From the NCBI GenBank assembly GCA_951406725.2, contig OX597817.1:86118001-86182000 (forward strand): DNA of 64,000 nt. The letters are read 5' to 3'. Within the stretch, counting starts at the first letter, position 1; the number at the start of each line of letters is the position of its first letter. The notes under the pieces are model-generated. The model had not been told where the DNA came from. It saw only the letters and a list, made by a program, of their open reading frames with translations, and did not search any database. Of the stretch, positions 24,961 to 36,884 are shown one piece after another. A program made the translations under genes and the position numbers. This stretch comes from Octopus vulgaris. Lineage: Eukaryota.

Positions 24961-25726
24961 TATTATACATAATGTAAGAGTCAGCATAAATAAACAAAAA
25001 AACAAACAAACAAACAAAACACTAAAAGGTACTTCAAAAGTTAATCAGGAGACCAATCTGTAGTCATAGCTGAAGTGAAAGACCTCAAGTAACTAAAATA
25101 TTGGTGCTACCAAAATTATTAATTTTTAAGAATCGTTACATGACTCAGATTATGGAAGTTTGACCCAATTTTGTAGAGCCCTAAACTACCAAAACTCAGG
25201 AAAATTGTGCTATAGCTGCAGTATTATCTATTTTGTGTTGCATATTTATAAAATTCTCAAAAATACTTTATTTTCTTTAAAATGTCAATTTTTCGAAAAG
25301 TTACAATGTTTTCTTTAAATCTCTAAGGTATTTCATCTGTTTTCCTATACTTAACCTTTAAAAAAGATATTTTGCTCTTTATCTTTGCCTCATTTGGATA
25401 CATGGATATATCATCGTCTGGAGGATGTCTTTGTTGGAACAATTCCCATGCCCTGTGTGGTGTAACATTAGGATCTTCCCAAAATATTTCCAGGATTGTT
25501 GACTTGAATGGCTCATGTATTCCACGGCTAGCATTATATAATGTTGATTGTCCCTTTCTTTTCTTTACCATCAAGGATGAAATAACAGTTCGAATTTCTG
25601 TTTCCAATGGTAAACCCAAACACCCAGGATGTTTACGTTTAAGTTCCACTACCATTTTACCTGGACCTCATTTCATAGCTTCGTTTCCATTACCTAAATT
25701 ACACATATCAATAATTTCTTGTTTAA

Positions 25727-28591
25727 ATGGATCCACATACTTTTGACCATACTTATTACCGTGCTTTCTTGTTCTTGCCCACCCTGCCATCCTCCACACA
25801 CCATCATAAACTGCGAGCAGGGTACAAATTGTTGTCCTTAAATGCTCGCAGTTTATGCAACAAAATACATTTGTTCAACGCCTACGTCAGAAGTGTTGAC
25901 TCTGACTTCATCACTGTCACGGAAACATGGGCGCATTCCTTACTCTGTGATGGGGTTTTCAACATCACGGGGTACAACCTCTTCCGTAAGGACCGCACTA
26001 ACCGCCGTGGTGGTGGTGTGATGGTCTACGTTCGTTCAAATTTTTTGGTAATTCCTTGTGCCGATTTGAACGAATCACAAGAAGTTTTTTTCTGTGATGT
26101 ACGTATGACCATGTCAACACTCCTGCTTGGCGTTGTTTATCGTCCCCCAAATTACCATCAGGACACACAGCTTTGCAACATCCTCCGAGCTGCAGCCAGG
26201 AAAACAGCCACTTATGTGTTTATTGCAGGCGATTTCAATCATCCTGAGATCGATTGGGAAACCTTCCGTTGGCCACAGAGTGCAAACGATTTTGTTGAGT
26301 TTGTGCTGGACTCAAACTGGTCACAAGTAGTCACCTCTCCAACAAGAGGCGACAACACCTTGGACCTGCTCTTCACCACAACTCCTGAAGCGGTTATCAA
26401 TTGCACTACGGAGGAACCTCTAGGTGACTCTGATCATGCTATGATCATCGCCAATCTGGCTCTTGCGGGCAACAAACACCTGAACCATCTCCAATCTGCT
26501 TCCTTCGATTGGAAGAGAGCAGATTGGAACCTGTACCACACTGAACTACAGCACCCAAACTGGCGTGAATTCTACTACTCTGGAGATGTGAATACTATAC
26601 TCCAGAGTATCCTGGACTCAATATGGGCAGCATGTGCAGCATCAGTGCCACGTAAACAAAAAAAGAAGAACCGCCCCAAAAGGGCAATTTGGGAAACTTC
26701 AGCGGTCCGACTTGCCAGGAAGGAACGTCGGACTGCTGAACAGGAATACAAGTTGCATAAATCAGACACCAACAGGAAGAAGCGGAATAAATCCTCCAAC
26801 CATCTCAAGCAAGTGACAAAAAATGCAGTGCTTGAATTTGAACAGTGCATAGCAGCCAATCCTGACAGCAAGGTTTTCTGGAAATATGTGCATTCAAAGC
26901 AGAGACCTCACTCTCCAGTGGGCCCTCTTCGCAACCCTCACACGAACCAGATCACTGACGACCCCAAGGAATGCGCAGAACTCATTGCCGAGTGCTATGC
27001 AAACATATTCACTGTCGAAAGTCAAAATGTACCATCTTCACCATCACTAACAGCAAACTCCATAACAACTATGGAATTTACACCTGCAATGCTGCGACGT
27101 CACCTTCAAAATAAGCGCAACTATGCCTCCCCTGGTCTCGATGGAGTTACATACCTGCTTCTCAAACGTGGCAGGCACTTCCTTTTACACCAGCTTTCTA
27201 TTTTCTTCCAGTACTGTCTCAACAATGGTGCTACTCCAGAGCAGTGGAAAACTGCCAGTGTCATTCCTCTGTTCAAAAAGGGTGACCGCACATCACCTGT
27301 CAACTATCGCCCAGTCAGTCTCACTAGCTGTATTGCAAAACTCATGGAATCGTGTGTCAGAGAAACACTCTGGAACTTCTGGAGCTCTCACAGTCTCATC
27401 CGACCCTCACAATATGGATTTGTCCCTAACTCCAGCTGCAGTGACCAGCTTGTCGAGTTCCTTGAGGACATTACTCAGATCACTGACAGTGGCTCATGGG
27501 TGGATGTTGTCTACCTTGACTTTGCTAAGGCTTTCAACTCTGTGCCACACAAAAGGCTTACGGTGAAACTCTCTGCAATGGGTGTGGGGGATGACCTTTT
27601 TAACTGGTTGAAATCCTTCATCCTCAGCCGAAAGGAGGTAGTCACAGTTCTAGGACAGCACTCTACACCATATGAGATGTCATCGGGTGTACCACAGGGA
27701 TCTGTCCTTGGTCCCCTCCTGTTTGTGGCATACATTAATGACATAGATGCCAATTTAAAGAATGCCACAGTATTGAAATATGCAGACGACATCAAGCTGT
27801 ACCTTGAAATCAAGAGGACTGATCCTGATGTCTACAACTCTTTCCTGCAATCAGACCTAGACACAATGCAGCAATGGATCACAGACTGGCAACTGAAACT
27901 GGCTGTGGACAAGTGTACCACCATGCATTTTGGGAGAAAAAACCCTGCGTCCACATACTCCCTCCACAACACTGATATCAAGAAATCCTCTTGCGAGCGT
28001 GACCTAGGCATCACTGTCAGCAGTGATTTGCGTTGGACAAAGCATATCTCTAAAATTGTCAAGAAGGCCGAGGGTGTCTTGGCATCACTCAGCAAGACTT
28101 TTGTTAGCCGCTCTCCAGCCATCTATTTAAAACTGTATACAGCTATGGTACGACCACACTTGGAATTCGCATCATCAGTTTGGAATCCCTATCTTGCTCA
28201 GAACATTGACCTCCTGGAATCTGTCCAGAGACGTGCAACCAAACGCATACCCTCCATCAGACACCTACCATATTCTGACCGCCTTGTTTCCCTGGGCATG
28301 GATTCACTGAAGCTCCGGCGTCTGGCGACGGACTTGGTAAACACCCACAAGGTTATCAACCACCTCACCAACAACAACACTGAACACCTTTTTGATCTCC
28401 ATGTGTCTAACACACGTGGACATGCCTACAAAGTCAGAAAACAGCACAGCTCCCATGACTTTCGGAAACATTTTTTCACGCTCAGGGTTGCTGAAGCGTG
28501 GAATAAACTGCCTGCATCAGTTGTTGACTGCCATGACACTGCATCCTTTAAGGCCCTCATGCTTCCCGAAATCCGTCGAAACTACACCTGA
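25727..28591 (+). CDS. LINE ORF2: AP endonuclease plus reverse transcriptase (954 aa, uninterrupted)
   Basis: EN motifs SLNARSL, TETW, GDFN, SDH; RT motifs NYRPVSLTS, YLDFAKAF, GVPQGSVLGP, KYADD; C-terminal TRGH..K; first ~21 codons come from flanking DNA. Confidence 0.93.
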   Translation: MDPHTFDHTYYRAFLFLPTLPSSTHHHKLRAGYKLLSLNARSLCNKIHLFNAYVRSVDSDFITVTETWAHSLLCDGVFNITGYNLFRKDRTNRRGGGVMVYVRSNFLVIPCADLNESQEVFFCDVRMTMSTLLLGVVYRPPNYHQDTQLCNILRAAARKTATYVFIAGDFNHPEIDWETFRWPQSANDFVEFVLDSNWSQVVTSPTRGDNTLDLLFTTTPEAVINCTTEEPLGDSDHAMIIANLALAGNKHLNHLQSASFDWKRADWNLYHTELQHPNWREFYYSGDVNTILQSILDSIWAACAASVPRKQKKKNRPKRAIWETSAVRLARKERRTAEQEYKLHKSDTNRKKRNKSSNHLKQVTKNAVLEFEQCIAANPDSKVFWKYVHSKQRPHSPVGPLRNPHTNQITDDPKECAELIAECYANIFTVESQNVPSSPSLTANSITTMEFTPAMLRRHLQNKRNYASPGLDGVTYLLLKRGRHFLLHQLSIFFQYCLNNGATPEQWKTASVIPLFKKGDRTSPVNYRPVSLTSCIAKLMESCVRETLWNFWSSHSLIRPSQYGFVPNSSCSDQLVEFLEDITQITDSGSWVDVVYLDFAKAFNSVPHKRLTVKLSAMGVGDDLFNWLKSFILSRKEVVTVLGQHSTPYEMSSGVPQGSVLGPLLFVAYINDIDANLKNATVLKYADDIKLYLEIKRTDPDVYNSFLQSDLDTMQQWITDWQLKLAVDKCTTMHFGRKNPASTYSLHNTDIKKSSCERDLGITVSSDLRWTKHISKIVKKAEGVLASLSKTFVSRSPAIYLKLYTAMVRPHLEFASSVWNPYLAQNIDLLESVQRRATKRIPSIRHLPYSDRLVSLGMDSLKLRRLATDLVNTHKVINHLTNNNTEHLFDLHVSNTRGHAYKVRKQHSSHDFRKHFFTLRVAEAWNKLPASVVDCHDTASFKALMLPEIRRNYT

Positions 28592-28664
28592 TTATATATA
28601 CACTTTAGATGAGTTGTAGTGCACCTGAGCACTGTACACAATTATTATTATTATTTATTTATTT
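25791..28664 (+). mobile_element. Young 5'-truncated CR1/L2-group LINE
   Basis: Boundaries set by rejoining the interrupted transposase (ccctgccat|aaatccac); short 3'UTR with agtgc-acctga-gcact hairpin and (ATT)n(ATTT)n tail; no clear TSD. Confidence 0.92.
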
Positions 28665-31544
28665 AAATCCACAACACTCATTATTATGCTGGGTCGCTTC
28701 ATGAATGGGATCAAACATCTTAAGTTCGTCAACATTTGAACTAGTATTAATCACCTGAAATTGATGCTATTCATATATATCTTTAGCATAAACAATAGCT
28801 TGACTGATTAAATCTTGTTGCAATTATGGATTTCCATTTTGTAGGCAGTTGCAAATTCCCTGTGACATAAATTACATTGTAGGGGATTTTCATCATCTGA
28901 TTCCATATCCAAATCATTAATATTTGATGCTACAGTAAGTCCAGTACGATGCTCCTCTGGGGTATTCCCCTCAACACCATAAACAATACATTTTGTTAAG
29001 CTGCCTCTACCTTTCTCTACAACACCAATATCTTCAACAGTGTCTGTATCAAATATTTCATTTTCATTGGAAGCACAATCTTCTTCATCGGATTTGCTTT
29101 CACAATTTCCTTCATTTATGTTGTTTGTAGTGCAATTGATAAGGTTGTGTGTTGCTGTCAATGGTAAGTTCGAGTTTCCATAAACTGAAGCGGAATTTCT
29201 TGTGGAATCAAACTGTACTTCCATATGATCCCGTGTTTTGTAATTTCCCAATTATCTCCAAGTTTTCCTGTTCAAACTGTTCAACAGCAGGCCTATTAAT
29301 ACCAACTAATTCTGTCACTGTACTACTTACACTGCCATTAGCACTTAAAACATCAACTAATTCAACAGGAGTTATAACATCTGGATCCATATTAAAATGT
29401 ATATACACATGCCTCATAGCTGTAGCAAAATGAGTGTCGATATGGCCTTTACCATTTTGTACACCAGTGTGTACAAAGTTTAAGTTTGTATCTATCTGCA
29501 ATTTTATATACTGTAAACAATAAGTTTCCCTTCTTATAACATCTTGCGTTGTCAGATTGTACATAAAGATTTCAAATGTATGGAAATTTGGTTAATATTT
29601 GTCTACATACTGCATCAAAATAGGACATAACAGCCACATAGTCTTGCTTAGAATCCCCAGTAGAAATGTGATCAAAGTGATACAATCATCCTTTAAATTT
29701 TCAGTATTACACTGTTCTTCATCAGTGTATCTTGTATACATCATGGTTCCATGCCACATTGACTCTTTCTTACCGTCAAAATCTGTAGTTTTTTTCCCTA
29801 TAGTATATAACTTCGAATTTCATTTTGAAATCCATAACAACCCTAGCATTTTCTAAATGTAAATTGAAGATCATTTCATCAGTCCTGTTGCGTTGATTAA
29901 GTACTCTCACACGATGACCAAATAAAAGATATAATTTTTCCATAGCATCATTCTATAGAATTTTATGTTCTGGGTTCACATACTATTTAACGTATTAAAT
30001 GCTTGGGGCAGCAACAAACACCACATTGTTTCATTTTCACTCCAGAGATGGATAAAGAAAACTCTTTCTCTGTGATACTACATGTAGAAATGTGTCTCTC
30101 ATAGGTTGTCTTAATGTAAGCTTTTAAACCATTAACAATAGCATTCAAAGATTCTGATTCAGCACTGGTAGCAACAACAGTCTTCAAACATGCAAAATTA
30201 TCATACATCAATACACCTGACACATAATCAACCGCTTTTTAATCAGGAATGATGTAGAGCTTAATTGTTTATTTTGAGGTATGGTTTCTTTGTAATCACG
30301 TAGCATTATAGTTATATTCTTTTTCCTAATCAGTTTGGGGAGATGTATTTCTTCGCTATTAATCATAAATGTTTTGGTACCCCATGAGATTCAGCCTACA
30401 TCAGTATGCGACAAAACAAACTTCACTGCAGCTTCCATTTGATCATGATCATATCGTATAATTGATCTATTGGAAAGTGTAAGCTGCTTTCCACTTGCCA
30501 TATGTTTATACTTATGTCTCAATGAAGCAACTTCCTTCATACCAATACCAAAATGATCTTTCGAAACACTTGAAATTAAGGATATCGCTAATGGAGCTGT
30601 AACAACATCAGCTTGTACAACATTTCTCGGCAATGTATCTCGTACTTTAATGATATTTTCACTAATTTGCCTTCATCGGTGACACCTTCTCCTTCATTTT
30701 TAACAACCTCTTTCATAAAGCCTTTGGCATCATACGGACTAATGATAGAGCATACTTTTTTTGTTATGGTACTGGTTAGTTTCACTAGTCGCTTTTTAAC
30801 TGCTTCATCAAAGTCTTCCATTTGGGTACCTTCATGTTTAGCTTTTCCTGGTAATGACGATACTGATTTTAAACCAAATGCTTCATACAATGTGGAAACA
30901 ATTTGTGATGGATTGCTAACGTCTGGTTCAGAATCCTCTTGTTCCATATACACACTATGTTTTCTTGTATTCATATGTTTTATGTGTGCTGACACCTCCC
31001 ATAAGTCGTATTCTTGTTGTGGCATGTGTGTTTACATTTTCATTTCATTTATTATCTCTGCGACATGTACATCCACATCTGTAACATTCTTGACAACTAA
31101 TACATCTACCTTTTTTGCAAGTACATGATAATTCTGACATAACTGCTGATTGGGTGAAGCAAAATCGAAATCTGGACTACCTGTGTGGTTTTTTTTGATA
31201 TATTAATTTTAACCAATCAAATTGCCCTGTTTATTATTCAGTTTACGACAATTCAGTATTTTAAAGTTCTACAAAAAATCAATAATCTGACCCACGAAGA
31301 GACTCTTAAAAAATCTTTTATTTAAATCTTTTGTCTTTTGTAAAGAGAAAAAAATTCAAGAACGTATTGAACTGAGAGAAAGATTCAACCTAGACACTGA
31401 ATATTTGATAAATCCCAATACACCAATTCTTACCAAAGAATGACAAAAAGCTTTAACAGGAAATATTCAATATTTTAGTCATTACACATACAGCAAGTAA
31501 GATTATGTCAGTTGAATACAACAACATGTGTAACATATAAAATA

Positions 31545-31757
31545 CTTGTTTCACATTTCGGCACAAGGCCAGCAATTTTGAAGGGCTAAGTCGATTATGT
31601 CAACTTCAGTGCTCAACTGGTACTTATATTATCAACACCAGCAGGATAAAAGACAAAGTCGACCTTGACGGAATTTGTGCTCAGATCATAAGGACAGATG
31701 AATTGCTGCTAAACATTTTGTCCAGCATACTAATGGTTTTGCCAGCTCACTGCTTTG
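31545..31757 (-). mobile_element. tRNA-derived SINE (gtcgacc..ggcggaatttg family)
   Basis: Matches the better-preserved copy at 50355-50592. Confidence 0.7.
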
Positions 31758-31829
31758 TAACTTGTAAAATATTAATAATTACATTTTCAGAATTTTGAGA
31801 ATTAATTAGTTAATAGACCAACCTGCTAT

Positions 31830-32850
31830 TCATATATGTGAACATAAACTGAAGGCATGTGTGTAGACCAAAGGGGTAGGCTCAGTGTGCAACTTTCTGT
31901 TCACAGATAACTGCACATTCAACATCATCTCAGAGATCCAGATGCTGCAGAGCATGAACTGCTTTTCCACTATCTACAACTTTGCCCTCGCAATCAGTAC
32001 TCGGAAGACAGAGGTCATGTACCAACTTGCCCTGCAGAAGCTGTATGTGCAACCAACTATCACTGTCAACGAGGAGACCTGTAAGGTTGTTAAGTTCACA
32101 TACCTTGGCAGTGCACTCTCCAGGTCTGAGCATTGATGATGAAATCAACACACACACCTCCAAGGAAAGTTCAGCATTTAGGTGGCTACATGTATCAGTG
32201 TGGGTGAAAAGAGGCATTAGGCTGGTCACCAAGTTGAAGCTCTACTAAGTAATTGTACTGTCTATGCTACTGTATGCCTGCGAGACTTGGACTGTTTATG
32301 AACACCATGTCAAAAAGTTAAACTACTTCCACATGAACTGCCTGGAAAATCACCTGGCAAGACACAGAGGTCCTCTCACGTGATGATAGGCCAAGCATTT
32401 ACACATTTCTGAGGAGAGCACAGGTCAGGTGGGTAAGCCACCTTGTTTGAATGCCTGACACGTGATTCCTCAAGAGACTGTTTTATAATGAACTGGTGAA
32501 AGACAAGCACATGCAAGATGGTCAGAAAAAGCACTTCAAGGACACATTCAAAGCCTTGCTGAAGAGGTTTGAGTTCAACTCCAACACCTAGTAAACGCAA
32601 ACACAAGACTACCCTGCCTGGCAAAACTGCACCAACAGAGGTACCACCTCCTATGAACAGAACAGGATTGCAGGAGCACAAAGAAAACATGAACTATGCA
32701 AGTCCAGAGCCAACTCGTGCCTTCACTCCCAACAAACCACCAGTGCCTGACCTGCTGCAGAGCCTTCTGAGCACACATCAGACTGATTGGCTGCAGTTGA
32801 ACACACTGTGCCCCTTCTCCCATGTGATGTCCTTGGTCATCATTGGCAAT
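31830..32850 (+). mobile_element. Decayed RTE (BovB-like) LINE RT/3' fragment
   Basis: FLFTDNC (FADDC), LAISTRKTEVMYQ, FTYLGSALS, TKLKLY and LLYACETW motifs. Confidence 0.85.
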
Positions 32851-32869
32851 GCTAGATGAACTAACTATA

Positions 32870-33707
32870 TGAAGGCTAATGAATAAGTATTCAGACTGTT
32901 GCCATAGTAATGAAGCTGATTCATGCCAAGTAAAGCTGCTCAGCACAGACTGACCTAGTACTCTGCTGTACATGTGCACTAAGCTTTAACATTCTAGCTC
33001 ACTTCCGCTGTTTACAGCAGTGCTTCAAAGTAACGTGTGTAGTGTGTGATTGTTGCATTGACCATGACAGAGAAAGTTGAGCAGAGAATCTACATCAAAA
33101 ACTCGACAATACCTGCTCAGAGGCCTATGCAAAGTTTTTAAAAAGATTTCATTGTTCTCAATACAATCAAGGAGATCATATGCAACTGAAACCCGAGCAT
33201 GATTTTGGTCAACTGAAAGTAGTTTTGGCAGATACATGTCTCATACCCAAATCTTCAGTGATAATGGACTGAACTGAACCATACCTAATCTGCACATCCT
33301 CTAATAACTTATGGATAGTGATTCGATGGTTTCCTCTCACAGCTGCATGCACATCTGCAATGTTTTTCTCAGTTCTGCTGGTTGCAGGTCTCCCAAAACA
33401 TTTGTCAATATTGGCATTTTTTCAGAAACGTCTGAACCACTTGTACTCTTGTGTGCAGTTCATATGCTCCTCTCCATACACTTTCTGCAACTTTGTGTAA
33501 GCATCTAAACTAGTGTTGCTCTGTTGTAGTTAATGTGATGATCACATCCTTCCAAGCAGTGCTGTAAACAGCGGAAATGAGTTAGAATGTTAAAACTTAG
33601 TATGCATGCACAGCAAAGTTCAAGGTCAATGTGTGCCAAGCGACTTCACTGCGTGCTTTAGTTTCATTACTATGGCAGCAGTCCGGATACTTATTAATCA
33701 GCCCTTG
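32870..33707. mobile_element. Non-autonomous mariner derivative with long (~150-bp) inverted ends
   Basis: 32870-33025 is the reverse complement of 33553-33707; the interior holds minus-strand N-terminal transposase remnants (PKLLSVDQNHARVSVAYDLL). Confidence 0.7.
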
Positions 33708-34811
33708 AGCATACCATAAATATATAAAGTGTTGTTCCTTGGCAAAAACAAAACATAAATACACATCTCTCTAAATATGGGAGAGAGAGAGAGACTGTGT
33801 ATGTATAATGGCTACAGGTAGTTCTAGGTTCAATCTCACTGCATGGCACCTTGGGCTATAACTTAGGATTAACCAATGCCTTGTAAATGGAATTTGGTTG
33901 GCAGAAACTCTATGGAAGCCTGTCGTGTGTCTCTGTGTATAGTGATGTAAATTGTCTTTTTATGTCAAAAGATAACCATATGATAAATAAGTCAATAAAA
34001 AATGTATCAGATTGTACTGTAGTTGATCTATTCTATTTTATTTCTACTCTAATTGTTTCTTTTCAAATTTATTATTCTCTCCCCACCTTGTATTCTTTTG
34101 TTATCTCCTATACTCCCACTTCCATCCATCAATGTTATTTTCTTTCTATCATTTTTTTCCAATTCACTTCATGCTTTAAATCCTTTCTTTACTGTATATT
34201 TTCTCAAACTCTTCTAGACTTTATCTATCCTCTCAGTCTCCTGTTTATCACTTCCTATGTTAATTTCTGTCTTACAATTCTTGCAGTTTCTTTACTTTAC
34301 ATTTTTTACTCAGTTTCGTTATTTCTCTATCTGTCTGTCTCTCCTTCTATTCTCACTCCTCACCAAAACTACCACCACCTTTAAATCTCTCTCTTTTTAA
34401 GTAATGACAATTGGTGTATGCTAAGATTTTGTTTCCTGTTTGATTGAGATGGTGACAATTCCCCTTTACATATCTTCAGTCTTTTCTTTCATATCCTTAA
34501 CTACAGTTAAAGACCTGGAGTGAATTAGCATATGTTGTTACTAAGAGTACAGTGTCAACAAACAAAGCATAATCACGTATTTTAAGTTTATATTGTTTCA
34601 TAGAGGTTGTGTTGGGACCATATTAGCATTAAACAGCGATGTAAGTAAAATGATTTATTACATACATTGAATAATTGGAACTGATATAATAATTTTATTA
34701 AATAATAAATGCTTTTGAAACATTAATGATTATTTAAAAACAAGTATTCAAATGTATTGATGAAAATATATGGATTGTTTCGTGATATTTATTTTTGCTT
34801 GTTTCATGTAG

Positions 34812-34883
34812 GAAGAGACAGGCCAAAATTAAAGAAGATCTCGCTGAGGCAGCCAAAGAACCTGTGCAAATAATCCCAGAAAA
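34812..34883 (+). CDS. ATG16L1: ATG16L1-like internal exon F (WIPI2-binding region)
   Basis: gtttcatgtag| acceptor, aa|gtaaac donor; 72 nt; [24 protein letters not shown] (human [22 protein letters not shown]). Confidence 0.95.
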
Positions 34884-36174
34884 GTAAACTTATTTTATTA
34901 AGAATTTGTATACTTGCTCTTCAGAATAGACTTGCAAAACTAACTAAAATGAGCTGTAACTTTGCATATGTTGTGGAAGGCATTTTATAGTTTAACTAAC
35001 TGTAATCTGTCTTGCTAATCTGTCTACTACTTTCAGCAATCAGTGATAACTAACAATTGTTATTGTTAACCCTTTTTTGAGCAGATCTTTAAATAACAGT
35101 ACTCTATTCAAGATTATCTAATCTTTTACTCAGATATAGTGTATCTAGTACTAAGTTATCAAATGTGTGCTTTCATATTTTTAAAACCTCAGAGTGCAAG
35201 GAGAAAGAAATATTTCTATTTTTGTTGATTCTGGCTGATGGGACAGTGTTCAGGGCCTTCAGAGGCCCTCCATGACCAGTGAGATTGATGCCATTAATGT
35301 TCCTCTTGAATCTCTGTAAATCAACACATGTGAAAACACATGAACTGAAAGTGTAATGTAAAGGAGATTAATTTTCATTGTGTCTGGAATAAGGGGCAGT
35401 ATTCAGGGTCATCATAGGCCTTCTGAGACCAAGGAGATTAATGTCATTAAGACATGTCTGTTAAGACATGAGCAGGGAGGGAGTTCCAGAAGATCAGTGT
35501 TGTAGGAAGAAAGGACTGGGCATAGTGATTAATGATTGGAGGTGAGTGAGATTTGAACACAAGGGAGAGGAGAGATTAATGAGTTGGGAATGCCCTAATA
35601 GAGGTGACATAAACCCAACCAACTCTAAAGAGCAGAGGCATTTATAGTAATGGTAGAAAAGGCAGTGAGAGGAGGTAGCATGTCTAAGCCAAAAGCTAGT
35701 GTTATCAGTGACTTTAAAGCAATCATTCAACAAGTTTGTCTTGCAAGATAATGGTTTTACAAATGATTTTGTAAATTTTTCAATAGTAAACAAAAATTCT
35801 GTACAGAATATCAATTCCTTTATAAGTTTAATATTGGTTATATTGAAACCTTGAAAAGTGATACAAAATAGAATTAACAATATGCAATTGTGATAGTTCC
35901 TTAATTGTTAAACTATAGTAACTAATTCATTGTGTATTGAAAACTATTATTAGTTATGTTTGTAATAATTCAATTATGTTTTGTCCCAAGCCAGTGGTGA
36001 TCTAGTTGACATATGATCAAAGGCATTCCAGCCACAACTATTCCTTTCTTTTTCAGGTCTCCTCAAACTTTTCTTTTCTTTAAAATAGTAGAATGTAGTT
36101 TGAAAAAGATAATTACTATTTCTAGCAGCTCAAGTGACCACATATTGGCTTGGATTATGTTGAAGGGCATATAA

Positions 36175-36580
36175 GGTATAAATATGGCTATGTGGTAAGA
36201 GAGTTGTTTCCCAACCACATGATTCAGGATTCAGTCCCTCTGTGTGGCACCTTGGGCAAGTGTCTTCTACTATAGCACTGAGCAGACTAAAACCCTGTAA
36301 GTGGATTTAGTATACAGAAACTAAAAGCCTGTTGTGTATATATATATGTGTGGGTGTGTCTCCTTGTCTTGACATTGCTTGAAGTTTGTGAATGTTACTA
36401 TCATATAAGCAGTGTCCTTTATTTCCAATATTCTGTGAGAACGTCTGGCCATAGGGAAATATTTTGTTTGGAAATAGATGAGGGTTGAAGACAGGAAGAG
36501 CATCCAGCCACAGAAAATCTGCCTCAAATGAACTCTGTCCAAACTATGCAAGCATGGAAAAGTGGTTGACGGATGATAAT
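36175..36580 (+). mobile_element. tRNA-derived SINE (tggctgtgtggtaag...ggcaccttgggcaagtgtctt family)
   Basis: A/B-box head and conserved core; same family as 53133-53594 and 57283-57690. Confidence 0.75.
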
Positions 36581-36805
36581 ACATCTGTGCTCAAAACAGC
36601 TTATATATATATCATCTTGACTGTTTATGTGCACATTATTCTCTATCCTTGATAGCTCCTAATGGAGTTTTTTCCATTACTAATTAAAAAGCAATCACTT
36701 CAGTAATTTGTTTATTTAGAATCACATAATATTTCTTTCATTACAACTAAATGTATAATGATAAGTAAATTTTTTTAATGTTTACATTTTTTGTTTTTTA
36801 ACCAG

Positions 36806-36884
36806 TGATTCTCCATTAATACCAGTCTGTGGTCAAGCTAACTTACCAGCAATATCAATTCCAACAAGAATTCTAACTAAACTG
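36806..36884 (+). CDS. ATG16L1: ATG16L1-like internal exon G (linker before WD40)
   Basis: ttttttaaccag| acceptor, ctg|gtgagt donor; 79 nt, phase fits exon F; DSPLIPVCGQANLPAISIPTRILTKL, with ISIPTR resembling VRVPAT just before the WD40 start DAHDGEV. Confidence 0.8.

Larger units (their letters stand above)
25130..31305 (-). mobile_element. Decayed Sola3-type DNA transposon (TTAA target site), interrupted by a LINE
   Basis: TTAA at 25126-25129 and 31306-31309; ungapped 27-bp imperfect TIRs (GAATCGTTACATGACTCAGATTATGGA vs GAGTCTCTTCGTGGGTCAGATTATTGA, 19/27); transposase motifs MDFKMKFE..YREK-TTDFDGKKESMWHG, VQSDNARCY, GKGHIDTHFA, CxxC..H finger and GWAR. Confidence 0.75.

Noticed and set aside
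26127-28619. Small alternative-frame and antisense ORFs inside the LINE
   Set aside because: By-products of the long GC-richer ORF2; no independent motifs.
30613-31128. Plus-strand ORFs overlapping the Sola region (also 25372-25746, 29149-29433, 29599-29856)
   Set aside because: Antisense shadows of the minus-strand transposase.
33887-34384. 165-aa hydrophobic ORF
   Set aside because: Starts in a SINE remnant and runs through pyrimidine-rich low-complexity DNA; no recognisable domain or splice context.
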